From: Craspedostauros australis
Lineage: Eukaryota
Direction of reading: 5' to 3'
DNA length: 57,201 nt
Assembly (NCBI GenBank): GCA_030167865.1
Contig: JALAGF010004552.1
Span: 1 to 57,201, forward strand
Below, piece by piece: positions 1 to 12,353 of this stretch. The position numbers and the translations under genes are program-made. Numbering within the stretch: position 1 is the stretch's first letter; every line of letters starts with the position of its first letter. The notes below the pieces were generated by a model. The model did not search any database, was not told the origin of the DNA, and worked only from the letters and a program-made list of their open reading frames with translations.

Positions 1-1454
1 GATTCCATTGCTTGAGTTGAAGCAAGTTGGATACGCATGTTGAGACCACGGTGGTAGTGTGGTAGTCATCAGCATGAAGGAATCGAGGTATATTGTAGTA
101 AGGAGGATCTGAAGAGCATATAGTTCCCAAGTGGGGTGTGAGTCAGGTCGGTCAGGTTTGAGTCATGATNGATTCGTGAATGGAGGAGAGAAAGGAGGAG
201 AAAAGATTTGGTGGTCGATCAAGTCGGAAGATTTCGCGCCAAAACAGGAATTTCTCCCATCGGGTTGATACCGTGTTCGGTAATAGTCTGTCCCTTATTG
301 AATCTCAACTGAGTTACATGGCATGTGAAATAAGAGCTTCAAAACGCATGGCATGTAAATCCAAGGAGTGGCTGGCTCGCCCGTACCCCCCGAAAAATAT
401 CTCTATCAGGTTATTTTGTACCCCGGGACTCATTAAAGTTACATGCGATAACTCTCTAATGTTTGAGGTCGCGAAGCGTGTTTTGGTGATGTCTGTTCCA
501 GCGGGACTCGATCTCTGTGCGCATCTTCGATTGATGTTGTGCAATTGGGCTTCGAGGCCCACCCTTCGCCTCGTAAAACCACTCCATGACAGAGAGCTGG
601 TGGGGGAGTGGTCCTCGGTCACCCTTCGCGTTTTGCCCGCGCTTGTTCCCAGGGCAGGGATAAATCCATGGTGCCTCCAGGATCGACGAGTGTTCTGGGT
701 TCGGCCTGGGCCATCTACTGTTGGCCAAGAGGACAGAACGTCGAAAATGTACATTCCGTTCGTGTTCTCGGACGTCCTAATCGTCGTATTCGTGTTCCGC
801 AACGCTCTTATTCCCAAATTGGAAGACACCCCATGGTGCCCCTTCACGAAGCAGGATCCTCTCTCACCGCAACAACACCCAACGATCAATGAAGTATAGT
901 AGTACGCTTTTCAGGTTTTCGGCTGGTGCACTTTTCTGTGTCGACGCTGTGTTTTGAGTCCCAGTTACGAGTTCGCAACGTCAAAATCCGGCAATATGTT
1001 GGGTGTTCCAGTCACATTGGAAACCAAGATAATGGTGTGAATGGAATACATAACAAACATGTCACAACAGAATAGAAGTAGCACAATGACAGCCTCTCAT
1101 AAGTACGTATACAGGATGACTATGGTGTCATGAGTATGTCAAGTCTTGGGTACAGGCGATGGTCGCACGGATAGTTCCAGTGGTCAAAGTGTTTCTCTCG
1201 TCTGAGCACGATTCCGGTGAAGGGACGTGGTGTATGTTGTATCTGTGTAGCAGAAGTCGCAGCCGTGAGGGTGCTTTCTCCTCCTCCGGTTGAAGACCTG
1301 AGCTGGTGTCGGTGGTTGCAGCAGCACGGGCATCTCGCACACTCATGGCACATCGAACACGCAACACACTCGCGATATTCGCAGGAATCACTTCGTTGCC
1401 TTCGAAAACGACACAAAGGCTCACAAAACAAATCAATCATCAGATTGGAAACGC

Positions 1455-1514
1455 CAGCAATCAGCAATCAGCAATCAGCAATCAACTAACAACTAACAAC
1501 TAACAACTAACAAC
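1455..1514. repeat. Compound heptamer microsatellite (CAGCAAT)4 followed by (CAACTAA)4
   Basis: Directly visible tandem units. Confidence 0.9.
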
Positions 1515-2405
1515 CAACAGGGCATTGGAAGGAGACGACAAACCTCCCTGAGGCCGCAACGAAGAGAAACAACTCAAAAGGTACGTGCACATCATGAAGA
1601 AAGGGGGATGGAAGCCTGGCTGATGCATGAGGAAGAATCGACAACTCACATGCACAGACGAGCACGCACAGACGCACACCTACACAACGGAGACTGCATT
1701 CATTTGCAAAACCGACGTCAAGACGCACGCGAACCACGGATAGCGTCGCAGATGATGCAGCAGCACAAACCAACGCTCGAGATGCAAGATACCTACGAGT
1801 ATGAGCACCATATCTACTATATGGTCCAGTCAATCTTCGCGGCTCGTTATGCAGTAGTGCTGCGGCGCCTGTCGGTGGCGACCATCTCGTTCAGGGTGCC
1901 TCATGTCATGCCAATGCCAGACGCGCACCACTCCACATCCAGGTGTTCAAATCTCGCACCTTCTCCAAGCCGAATTAACTCATGCTGCTCTTTGCCATCA
2001 CCATCGTTCCTTCTCTCCCCTTCCCTTCGCACACGCAACTGATACCTCCTGTGTGTGCAATCTTGACGTGATCGAATCGTTGCGATGTTGTGTCGATTGA
2101 TGGATATCGTTGATCTTCATTGATTGCCGTCGTTGTCGTTGCTCCCCACCACGTCTCCCGTCATTCCACATTCCAACAATTTGGCACACACAAACGAACA
2201 CATCACTGCAACGTTCACAATCGTTGCCGTTCTTCGTGGGACGAAACTCGCTGCCAAACTTATGCCTGATGCGCGCATTGCCAATCTCAACCCATACGTG
2301 ATCCGTACCAACCCACTCTCGTGGCACGTACGCATACATGCACGCGTACAAATGCGCCCGCCGTACAGAAGCAGTGTCACGACGGCGACGAAGATAACAG
2401 CAAAG

Positions 2406-5114
2406 ATGCTCTACACGAAGGCGACCTTCGCGTCCTTTCTCGCTCTCGCCGAGACGGCAACGGTCCACGCCGTGCTCCGCAGCAACAGGACTCCCGTGGA
2501 TCCAACCGAGAAACTCCACACGATGGTGACGAAGACCCGCATCCTCAAGGGCGCCGGCATCGACCTGAAAACCAACAAGGGCAACAAGAGAAACGCTGCG
2601 GTACCTACGGACAATCAGGCTGGTGCGGAAACAGTCGCGCCAACCGCATTGCCGACTGCCTCGCCGACCTCCCAGCCCACCCGCCTGCCAACATCCAAAC
2701 CATCAGCTGCCCCAGCTGTCTTCGATTCCACCATCTCCGTTGTCTGCAATCCCGATGGTGCCACCATCCTCTCATCACAAGAGGTAAGCGCCAAGACCAT
2801 CATCTGTGATGCGAACAAGTCATCATGCCGCGAGGCCATCACCGCAGTCAAGGAGTCCAAGCAGCTGCAGAACTTCTTCGCGTGTGCAGGAGACCTCAGT
2901 GAAGGAGCTGCACGCAAGATCTTCAACAAGTACGCATCCAGCGACATCCTTGCTGGCCAATTGGTCCTGGTCGCTGCTACCAAGCCGCTCCTCGTCACCG
3001 AGCGAGCGGATGCCATGAACACAGCATGCGCGGCCATCGCTGCGATGCAATCGCCTGCCGTCGCAGACCCATGCTGCCAAGGATCCTCGGGATGCACCTC
3101 AGTCACCGGTTCCGCCTCCAACTCTCCTCCATTCATGACCGTCGCGATCACTGCATGCACTGGCGACAGTGCCTGCAAGGACATGGGCCCCAATCCCCTC
3201 ATCCTCGATTCCTCCTGCACTGGCACGAGTGCGTGCAAGTTGATGAATGAGAACGAGATCAACCCGTCCATCACAGGAGTCACCTTCGTTGGTGAGATGG
3301 CATGCACCACCTCTCAATCTTGTGAGGGAGTGGGACGCCGCTCACATGGTGACGTCACAATCCAGACCGGTGCATGCATTGGGTCAGAGGCATGCAACTC
3401 AGCTGGACGCCGCGTCGTGCAGAAGGCACCATCATATCGTTTCCGAAGCCACATCGACATCGGGGCGAATGCGTGCGTTGGCGTCAACGCCTGCAAAGAT
3501 GCCCATTCCACTGTCAACCATGGAACTGCTGGCAAGCTGGCAGGCAGCCTGACCATTGGTGCTGGTGGTTGTGCTGCTGATGGGTCATGCGAGAAGATGG
3601 GGTTCAGTGAGATGATGACAACCGACCTCGTCGTCCCTCCTGGTGGATGTGGCAGTGTCGAAGGCTGCAGAGGATGTATGACGAAGACGGAGTGCGACTC
3701 CGACGAAGTTTACATCATCAGCGATGTTGATGGGGCCTGTCCAAAGGGAGGCAACGACACCAACAACAATCCTACTGGTGACAAGGTGGAGGAGTACTGC
3801 ATTGGCAAGGACACCTTGCCCACAGACTGTCCGACCTTTTCCCCCACCCCTTTCCCCACACCTCTCACGTCAGCTCCTACATCAGCCCCAACAGGTCCGA
3901 CAGCAGCTCCAACATCGGCTCCGACAGAGGCTCCAGCTTCAGCACCGTCTTTGGCTCCAACAAGGGCCCCAACGAGCGCTCCAATATTGGCTCCGACAGT
4001 AGCTCCAACTTCAGCACCGACATCGGCTCCAACATCAGCTCCGATTTCGGCTCCTACCTCGGCACCGACGAGCGCACCAATAAGTGCTCCAACTTCAGCA
4101 CCGACATTGGCACCAACCAGCGCCCCAACTGCCCTGACATTCCTGTCTGCTCTCGGAACACCAGGCACAACCGCGGGAATGACCCTTCTCTCCACTATCC
4201 AAAACCAAGCAGATCTCCTCGGGATCTTCGAAAACCAGGCAACCATTGCTGACGGCGTCGCTCTCTTCAATACCATCAGCGGAAAGACGGGTGTTCTCGA
4301 GGTCTTCAGCGCGGCCGCCGCTGCCACCGGTGAGATGTTCACAGGAACCGCTGATGATGCTATGACTTGGTGTGGGATGGCAGGACGCAAGTGTTGCGAT
4401 GGAATCAGAGCCTGCTCCTGGCCCGGCATCGCGTCTATTGCATCCAACAGTTGCATCGGGGACTTCGCTTGTGATAGCATCGAGACTCAGTCCATCATCT
4501 TCCAGGGATCCTGCGGCTCTGGCGGTGCTTCATGCTCCTACTTCAACTTCGACTCTGGAAGTGAGAAGGCCTCCATCATTGGGCCAGGATCGTGCACTGG
4601 AAAAGACGCATGCAAATTGCTTGCACAAGTGTCCAACGGCGACGCCATTATTGGCGCAGGATCATGTGTTGCGAAAAGAGCCTGCTATGGCATGGGTGCT
4701 GGAGCAGCAGACTACGCGACTGCCACACCCACCCAGGGCAGTGGCGGTGTTGACAACAAGCGTGTATCCAACACTATTGTGGGAGCCGGGTCCTGTGTCA
4801 AAAAAAAATCGTGCACGTACATCAACGCTTACTACTTCGACCCGTCCAATGTCTCCACCAATCAGTTCGAGGGAGACACAACTATCGGTGATGGTACTTG
4901 CGTGCCGGCGACATCTTGCTTTCACCTGGGCTTCGGCAAATACTTTAACGCGGACATCACCCTCTCCAACAACGTGTGCAACGATACCCCTGTCACGAAG
5001 AACACCAAATGCAACCGATGCCAACGCAAACGCGATGAGGACAACGCCTGCAATGATTCCACCACTGTCTTGACTATTACCTCCGGCAGCTCTTGCCCAG
5101 CCGCCTGCACCTAA
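2406..5114 (+). CDS. Secreted Cys-repeat / Pro-Thr-rich mucin-like protein (~902 aa)
   Basis: Single ORF. The likely start is ATG 2406 (MLYTKATFASFLALAETATVHA, signal-peptide-like). It has an RIL motif and two blocks of (I/V)GxxSCxGxxAC-like repeats separated by an S/L/A-A-P-T tandem repeat. Confidence 0.85.
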   Translation: MLYTKATFASFLALAETATVHAVLRSNRTPVDPTEKLHTMVTKTRILKGAGIDLKTNKGNKRNAAVPTDNQAGAETVAPTALPTASPTSQPTRLPTSKPSAAPAVFDSTISVVCNPDGATILSSQEVSAKTIICDANKSSCREAITAVKESKQLQNFFACAGDLSEGAARKIFNKYASSDILAGQLVLVAATKPLLVTERADAMNTACAAIAAMQSPAVADPCCQGSSGCTSVTGSASNSPPFMTVAITACTGDSACKDMGPNPLILDSSCTGTSACKLMNENEINPSITGVTFVGEMACTTSQSCEGVGRRSHGDVTIQTGACIGSEACNSAGRRVVQKAPSYRFRSHIDIGANACVGVNACKDAHSTVNHGTAGKLAGSLTIGAGGCAADGSCEKMGFSEMMTTDLVVPPGGCGSVEGCRGCMTKTECDSDEVYIISDVDGACPKGGNDTNNNPTGDKVEEYCIGKDTLPTDCPTFSPTPFPTPLTSAPTSAPTGPTAAPTSAPTEAPASAPSLAPTRAPTSAPILAPTVAPTSAPTSAPTSAPISAPTSAPTSAPISAPTSAPTLAPTSAPTALTFLSALGTPGTTAGMTLLSTIQNQADLLGIFENQATIADGVALFNTISGKTGVLEVFSAAAAATGEMFTGTADDAMTWCGMAGRKCCDGIRACSWPGIASIASNSCIGDFACDSIETQSIIFQGSCGSGGASCSYFNFDSGSEKASIIGPGSCTGKDACKLLAQVSNGDAIIGAGSCVAKRACYGMGAGAADYATATPTQGSGGVDNKRVSNTIVGAGSCVKKKSCTYINAYYFDPSNVSTNQFEGDTTIGDGTCVPATSCFHLGFGKYFNADITLSNNVCNDTPVTKNTKCNRCQRKRDEDNACNDSTTVLTITSGSSCPAACT
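3832..4135 (+). repeat. Coding tandem repeat of 12-nt units encoding xAPT (PT linker)
   Basis: More than 20 units such as SAPT, LAPT and EAPA in the translation; codons are diverged. Confidence 0.9.
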
Positions 5115-5491
5115 GTGCCCTGTGAGAGCAGAAGCACGAGCACATTCCTCCTCCGGGTCTGCGCCAAATCCAGATCTTGAAGGGTTCGGGCCAGCCACCT
5201 TACGGATGATGACAAGTCACCCTCTTCATTCGGTCTTCAGCACAACCAGAGTATCGAAAGGATCTTGCCGTCCATCGGCATACAGTATCCACGGACTTGG
5301 GTGAGAGAGTTGCTGTGAAAAGAAAACGATGCAGCGCTCAATCTGACCAGTGCCTGGCAGCCCCAACACGCAGCACACTGTAACACAATTCACATCACAC
5401 ACACTCGTGGACTCGCAAAACGAACATACGTACGTACATGTCAAAGTGTAGTATCAGCCGAACATCATCAAACTAGACTTTTGCTTCGTTT

Positions 5492-6059
5492 AAATGAATA
5501 AATAAATAACTCAATGATTAGCCTCCTAATCAACTGCGCCGACGGCTCTTTTCTCCGCCCCTTTGCAACTTCCCGCTACGCGGGCAGAGGGCACGGAATC
5601 TGCAATGGTGTTGAGTTTCTCATGTATCATGTCTAGTGGGAGTGGGTTTGCGACCGGTTGACTTCCTGCGGTTGTTCCGGGCCCGGAGATGGATCCACTT
5701 GAGCAGCGCCCGAAGGCCACTGCCGTGCGTAGCCGAGCAGCGGTTTGCTCTATCCACACCAGGTGCACTTCAACCGGAAGCTCGTCTGAGGGGCGGGTAG
5801 ACAGTTGGCGGTCATGCTGACCAGGTTCACGTCGGAGCTGCTCCTCGAGTGAGGCTGTCCTGGCGTGTACTTCGGCCTCCATAACACCTTCCGCCGAGCT
5901 CTCGTTGTGGAACATATCCTTGTTGCTGGAAGTCAACTGTAGCCAGGCGATATGCCATATGCGTCGAGTCACCTGCGCCGCCCACTTTAGTGGCGATTTT
6001 CTTGAGCCGTGCGCTTGTAGAAAGGCTGACTGCGCCTGTCGCCAGTGTGTGACTAGGTG
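5492..6059 (-). mobile_element. Degenerate 5'-truncated non-LTR retrotransposon (LINE, Ambal-like) 3' end
   Basis: The minus frame 6059-5526 reads LVTHWRQAQSAFLQAHGSRKSPLKWAAQVTRRIWHIAW...HDRQL...VWIE. This matches, from memory, the W-x3-Q...W-x4-(I/T)RKIW-x2-AW C-terminal pattern of diatom LINE ORFs. It is followed by a short 3'UTR and a (TTAT)n tail at 5509-5492. Confidence 0.5.
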
Positions 6060-8202
6060 TTAGGAATCGGGGGTACGACTTTGTCAAGATATCCATGATT
6101 GCCGCACCTCCCAAAGTTGTCAATCACGACTGCACAAATCAACTCTTGTTGATCACACCTTTGAGTCTTATTGATCACACCCGTGACTAAAGATAAACGT
6201 GACTGATCTCAATCTTAACAAGAAAACAAGCCTGTCCTCCTCTAACATGAAAACCATGGCAACGCAAGACAGGATGTCCCAACATCAAACATGACGATGC
6301 GACAAATCAAACGACGACGTCATAGGAGAAACATGTTGGCAAGTTCCGTGATTGGAAGCCTACGATCGTGGAAGACGGTGTTGTTGATAGTCATTTCATT
6401 TGCTATTTCATTACGTTGAGACTCCGGTCCTCTTGGTGTCCGTTCGTTCTCTTGACCGATGCTCTTGGCGCTTCAATCTATTTTGTAGATTCGGTCTCCG
6501 ACTATGAGTCGGTGAGCGAGATGCTCTCTTGCTACTCTTCGTATTCTCTCTCTCTCTCTCTCAATATCGTGTACTCGTGCTACATGATACTCCATGTCCG
6601 ATGCGTACTCTGCATTCGACACTCCATTCATTCATTACTGGTTCCTACTCCATGAGTACTTACCATTTGAACTTCACCTCTTGTATCCATGATGTTGATG
6701 CCCTTCAGTCATCGGATCTTCGCCTCCTGCTCTGACCTGGAGACAGATGTCAACGTGGTGACATGATGACATCCTGTTGACATCAGTAAGCGTCCTTCTG
6801 CTCTCCAGATGTCACGTTCCATTGGTGATGCAGTGGCCTGTCAGATGATATCGTCATCTGAGGTTTAGTTGGGAAGTACCTCAAGATTCTCTTGGTACCA
6901 TTGATGGATGGACGGACGATGTTCTAATTCTCTCAGAAATCATCATTTGCAAATTTCCTCCAGAAATTCTGCTCATTTTCATGTGTTCCATTTCCACTGT
7001 AATTCTGAGAATCACAGCATACTATTGACACGAATGTAGTTGTACCGTCCAAGTGCGTATGAGAGAATAACGGGTGAACGATGCACATATACACGTACAT
7101 CTCGACATATACTCACATGTACATCTCGACAACTACATGGGCAGGTGCAGGAGAGGCTACTGCGTCGATTGAAAGAAACGGCACGATGATCTGACGTCAG
7201 GGCGATGCGCAACCTCGCATAAAGTAGCCAGACTTAGGTGAGGAGAACAGTCCGACTCTGTCGAAATTCCCCGTAGTCCCAAAAGTAACGTTCTCCTGTA
7301 ACGCTCAGGAGTGATCGATCATGCGCTTGCCACGTTGACGGTAGGGGGGTATTTGTTGTTTCTGTACTCTATTCTGGTTTAGTCCCGTACAATCGGGAAT
7401 TACTGATGTCACACATTTCGACACGACTCAACAACACGTAAAAACGCACGATAACTTTTGGCGCGAGCTTTTGTGCGTTCACGGATTGATGATCATGGCT
7501 GTCACGAGCATTAGTGACTGACTTCAAACACCCAAAGCAACACACAAAAGCAATCTGGATCGCTGACCAGCACACCACCCGAAGCAGAATGAAGCAACGA
7601 ATACAACCATGCCATTCACTTGAGCAATAGACAAAACAGAATTGGATGCGGGTCTTTGGAAGACAGTCGGTCGCTATTGGACCAAACGCAACACATTTCT
7701 GTACCAGAACGTCGTAGACTCTACGTGGTTACCAATGGTTACCAACGAAAAAATTCCGAAATCACGTCCGTACGTCGTCCGTGTGAAAAAGGCCGATAAA
7801 GGGCAAAAAGAGGCATCGAGATGAACATGAAGCGGAGACCGTTTGCCTACAATGAACACATCAACAGAGAGCTCTCACTCTCCTCTTTCTAATGATGCAA
7901 AGATGTCGGTCAACGGCCATCAACTCATCGAATGGTTGCTTGTGCCGTCGGCGATATGCCAAACATTACCAAAAGTGCCAAAAAAAAACGGAAATTAGCC
8001 AATAGCCACTAGAGCAGAGCAAGACACTAGCAGGAGCTAAGACCGCAACTCCTCATCTCATCAATGCAATATTTCATAATATTAGCGAACAACATTGATT
8101 CACACACTCTTCGTCTTATTGACACATGTAATTGTAGTCCCTTGATCTCCTGCTATCATTCCTTTATTCTAGAGAGAGAGAGTAGTATGTTTTGAGCCTC
8201 CA

Positions 8203-8970
8203 TCACGCATGAATCGTTTCCTCTTCATCGTGATGATAGTTATCCCTGGCGAGCAACGAATCAGCGAACGCAGATACGAGGGCGTCGACATCCATGTCTT
8301 CATCGTCATCATCATCGTCGCCCGCAAGTTCCTGCTCCGCGGCAAGCTCCATGATCTTCATCTGATGCTCCTGCGCTTCGAGGGCGCTTTGGATGGACCG
8401 CCGTCTGCGCTCGGGACAAGGCGACGTGAACTGCAGAGAAGATTCGGACATGTGCGCGGACGTGGCGGACCATCTGTGCGCGAGTCTGGCGCTGGCGGAC
8501 GACCTTCGTTTGCCTGCTGCGGCGCCTGTCGATTGTCTCAGACTGCCCCAAGATTCGATTGCCGTACTTTCATCATCCGTAATGGGCTGGATATCGATTT
8601 TGGAGCTGCGACGCCTTGATTGCTGCTGTTGCTGGAAGGATGCACGTCGTTGCGATTGCAAGTACCAGAACTCCTGCGGCACTCTTCGGTTGTCCTGCTC
8701 CCATTCCTCCTGCTGCTGTTGTTGCCTCTTCTCCCGCTGCTTCTTCTGATCCTCCTTGCTCATCGCGACAAGTTCCCGTGTGATTGAATGGGCAGACACC
8801 TTCGGCTTTCGCAGGAACCGTTTCATGCCGCGCTTCTTGTTGGGGCGGCTGGCAGTGCATGGCTTCGTCTGCTGCTGCTGCTGCTGCTGCTTCTTGCGCT
8901 CGCGTCGTTCATCGCGCTGCATCTTCGATGATTCCCTCATCACCTGGCAAACATAGACAAGGAATCCCAT
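8203..8970 (-). CDS. Hypothetical low-complexity protein (Gln-rich, repeated RRxS motifs), ~255 aa
   Basis: Long ORF with coding-like codon use. The likely start is MGFLVY at 8970; the upstream part of the listed ORF looks like an A/C-rich 5'UTR. Confidence 0.65.
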   Translation of the reverse strand: MGFLVYVCQVMRESSKMQRDERRERKKQQQQQQQTKPCTASRPNKKRGMKRFLRKPKVSAHSITRELVAMSKEDQKKQREKRQQQQQEEWEQDNRRVPQEFWYLQSQRRASFQQQQQSRRRSSKIDIQPITDDESTAIESWGSLRQSTGAAAGKRRSSASARLAHRWSATSAHMSESSLQFTSPCPERRRRSIQSALEAQEHQMKIMELAAEQELAGDDDDDDEDMDVDALVSAFADSLLARDNYHHDEEETIHA

Positions 8971-11387
8971 GGTGGCGATGCTTTCCTGTATTGCTGCTCT
9001 TGTTGTGGAGGAGCTGTTCTTCTCGTCTCTTGTGGCGGCACTGCTTGTGGATTGTGAGCTATCAAAGATGTGGAGTGCAGTGGCCTTTGTTGCTGTTACA
9101 ATTGCTATTGCTGTTGCCGTTGCGATAACTTGTCTGACTGTGTGGAATGAGTTGAATGTGAATGCGGATGCGAATGGGCCTCTGCGACGTGAGCAATAGA
9201 GTGGTTGCGACCGGGTGTCCATGAAGTGTTTGTGGTGGTGGGGGACTGCCTTCTTGGTGCGTTCAGATGACATGCTGTAACCCTTTTGCATCACATGGTA
9301 CCGCACCGCATCGCTTCTCACTGGCCACCATCAAAGTCGCTGGAGCTTCATGGTGGCCGTGATTGCCGTGCACTTTTTGCTGTTTGTCTGTGCATGCTTC
9401 GTGAATGGCGTTCTGTTGTTCAATGGGCAGTTTTAGGTGTCCACACTCGCTTCTTGTAGCAATTTGTGGCCTAGACCTGCGAACACCTCCTGCCATTTCC
9501 TGCATGGACGTTCTGATTGGATTATCGTTATTTATGGCAGTCTTGGGTGGGCTAGCAAAGCCATGGAGTAAAATGTCATTTATACAATTATCAGTGCACA
9601 TTGTGCATAATTAGGGCAAACTGCATGGCGAGCAGGTTTTCTGGTTAACCGGCCCTGTGGCGTTTCGTTTGTCGCGATGTTCGACATCGCGTACTGAGGC
9701 AGACAATCGGTGGAATGCGAAGTGTCGTGTGGCTGATTGTCGTGGGAAGTTGTGTGGGTCTGGGAACATGATGGAGAAAACGCGACAAGAAGGGAGGGAA
9801 GGAAGAGACGCAACTGTTGGAGCCACAAACTCCACAACGCCTCTCATTGGTGATATAACTCTTTGCCCGTCATGTTGGTAGAAAGAGGATCACAGGAAGA
9901 GCGAGAGAGAGAGAGAGAAAGTGAGAGCGAAATGGATGGAAGCACATCACAAGGAGGTCGGAAGCGGCCTGGAGCAGTGCATAAAACACAGAGAGAACTA
10001 AAATGATGATGGTTGGTGATGAGATGATAATGAAGCCAGCAGTTCCACAGATGGAGATGCGATTGTCACATCATGAGCCGCAACCTGTGGTGTTGTCAAT
10101 TGCTACTCCCTGCAGAGGGGGGACCCACTCGCACAAATGTTCGATCGCACTTTGCGCAGCGCATTGTTGATCCTGTCGGCCGCACAAGCGCCTCGCATGG
10201 GCATCGATTCATGGAATGTGCAATCCTCGCAACGCAGCAGAGTGGATGGGCACGATGAGATCGCTTGACTCATTGCGGCCAGAGACGACAGCAAAGACAG
10301 CTCGTTGGAGGATCTCTTCATGCGTCTCCGCGGATTGAGGACGGTCCCCCCGTCGCAGCATCTCCTGTTCCACATCACGCTTTCTTCGTCCGGCGAAAGC
10401 GAGAATGCTCCTCATGTTAAATGAATGCCAAGCGACGCAATATTGGATCTACCAATGTCTGGAAGACGGCACCACCGTATCGGCCGAATATTCATCCTCG
10501 AGATGGGAATGAGGACAATCTCCGCGCAACGGAAGTGACGCAGGTATTACAGATGCAAGCACGCATAGTCCAACAGCTCAAATGATGATGAAGCGGAGGG
10601 TGGTCGAAGCAGCGACCATGCAGTTCGCGGCTTCACGATGTGCGTCTGTCAAAAGATGTTGGAGGGTGGCTCAACATTGTGAATGGCATGCGTTGCAGGT
10701 GGCATTACAGCTACGGCACGCAACAGCGAGGCAAAGCATCAACGCACGCGTTTGATCTATCGCGAACCAAGCCATATCCGTTCAACACAGAGTAACCTGA
10801 AAGCGTCACTCTGGTTGGCGGGACAGACTTGCAATGTGCGGTCGACTATCACCTTCTCTCTATGCGGCTGTAATGTGAACGAAGGAGATGAATGATGGAC
10901 GCCGCCCATCCTATTTGGTGAACGAAAGGACTGCTGTGGCCGAACAAACTGAATGTCTATTAATGCACTGTGCCAGCACCATGCAAACACGATGTATTTA
11001 CGGTTTGTGCATACTATGTAGTGTGTGATTGTGTGCGTGGGTCTGCGTTTGGTGGCTTGCATGCGCAGCCTGTGGCTGGACATTTCCTGAGACATTCGCT
11101 TGTTGCGTTGCGTTGTTCGACCGCACAGGAGATGTCAAGAGAGATCATGCCGGTGGAAGCCATTGATGCGACACAGCGTGTGAATCAATTGTTTTCATGG
11201 GAATGACGTTGGTTGATGGGATGAGTGTACTCGCACGTATCTATCGCATCCATCGAGTGAAAAGTCATACCGGTATGCATACCATACGGATACGACTCTC
11301 CTACCACGCAATACACACGAGTGCGATTCGAGCAGAGTACGATGCGATGACCGCTAGAGAGAGATGAGAGATCAAAGAGAGAACGAT

Positions 11388-12353
11388 TTAGTTCTTGAAG
11401 ATCATGTCACCGTAGTTGCCGAAGTAGAGAGCCTGGACGAAGATTCCCATGAAGGCAACCATGGCCAGACGTCCGTTGTTGATCTCCTTGTTCTGGTAGT
11501 CAACCCAGCCCTCATCGGTGTCATCGACCCAGTAGCTGGCTCCCAGCAGATCTCCGGCCTTGTAACCTTCGGTGTCCTTGATCTTCTCGGCGAGCCACTC
11601 GATGGCGCCGCATCCGAGGACGAACTGCACCCATCCGACGAGCGGAAGCTGCTGCGCGGCCTCAAGCGGGTTGTTGCTGAGGGAGCTGTCGAAGGCTGGG
11701 TGGACGCCGGCGGCATTGAGGTACCATCCGAGGCAGGCGGCCATGGCGACGCGTCCGTGCTTGAGCTCGGCCTCGCGGTAGAGGCTCATGACCTCGTCGG
11801 ACTTGCCGGCGGAGAGACCGAGGGGATCGAAGTATCCCATTGGTGCGGTGATTCCGACGACGGTGTCATCCTTCCACGCCTGCAGGGAGGTGGTGGAGGC
11901 AGCCTTTTGCTGGGCTGGGGCGAAGGCGGCGCTGTTGGTGTCGAGAGTGAACGTTAGAATGGGAACGTTGGTGGGAACGTGGGGTATGGAGAATGGCAGC
12001 ATTGGGTGAGCCAAAGTGTCACACAGAGCTGCACTGCGTGTGATCTGAGAACGCTGCTGTGAATGCAACACGGACATGAACGAACGCGCACACGTGATGT
12101 TTCACCATGTGCCATTGCCGAAGCTGGTCTCGGAACCAACGTTCTCAATGACTATCCGCACACATCATGGTCGAAAGTCACCCCCAGAGAGTCGCCAATC
12201 ACACCGCAAGCATCACGTTGCGGCTGTCACGCATCAGCTCGACTCAGGAGCACGGGACGGCCACGGAGAGCTTCGCCATTGTTGGGAGGCGGACGGAGGC
12301 CCTCGCGAAACTTACGCGGAGCCGATGAGAGCGGAAAGGATGGCGGTCTTCAT
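11388..12353 (-). CDS. Light-harvesting complex (fucoxanthin-chlorophyll a/c binding) protein, plastid-targeted, 2 exons
   Basis: Exons 12353-12316 and 11931-11388, with a GTAAG...CAG intron at 12315-11932. The spliced N-terminus MKTAILSALIGSAAAFAP carries the ASAFAP motif. LHC motifs are FDPLGL, REAELKHGRVAM and KEINNGRLAM. Subfamily not assigned. Confidence 0.96.

Noticed and set aside
180-899. Overlapping ORFs of 239 aa (+) and 191 aa (-)
   Set aside because: No recognisable motif in the frames examined. It may be a transposon relic, but I cannot support that.
2124-2405. N-terminal extension of the 996-aa ORF
   Set aside because: It starts at a non-ATG codon, and the signal-peptide-like ATG at 2406 is more plausible. 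The same reasoning was used to trim the ORFs listed from 9321, 16229, 22265, 28013 and 48850.
11932-12077. Listed N-terminus of the LHC ORF
   Set aside because: It is intronic; splicing to 12316-12353 yields the canonical presequence.
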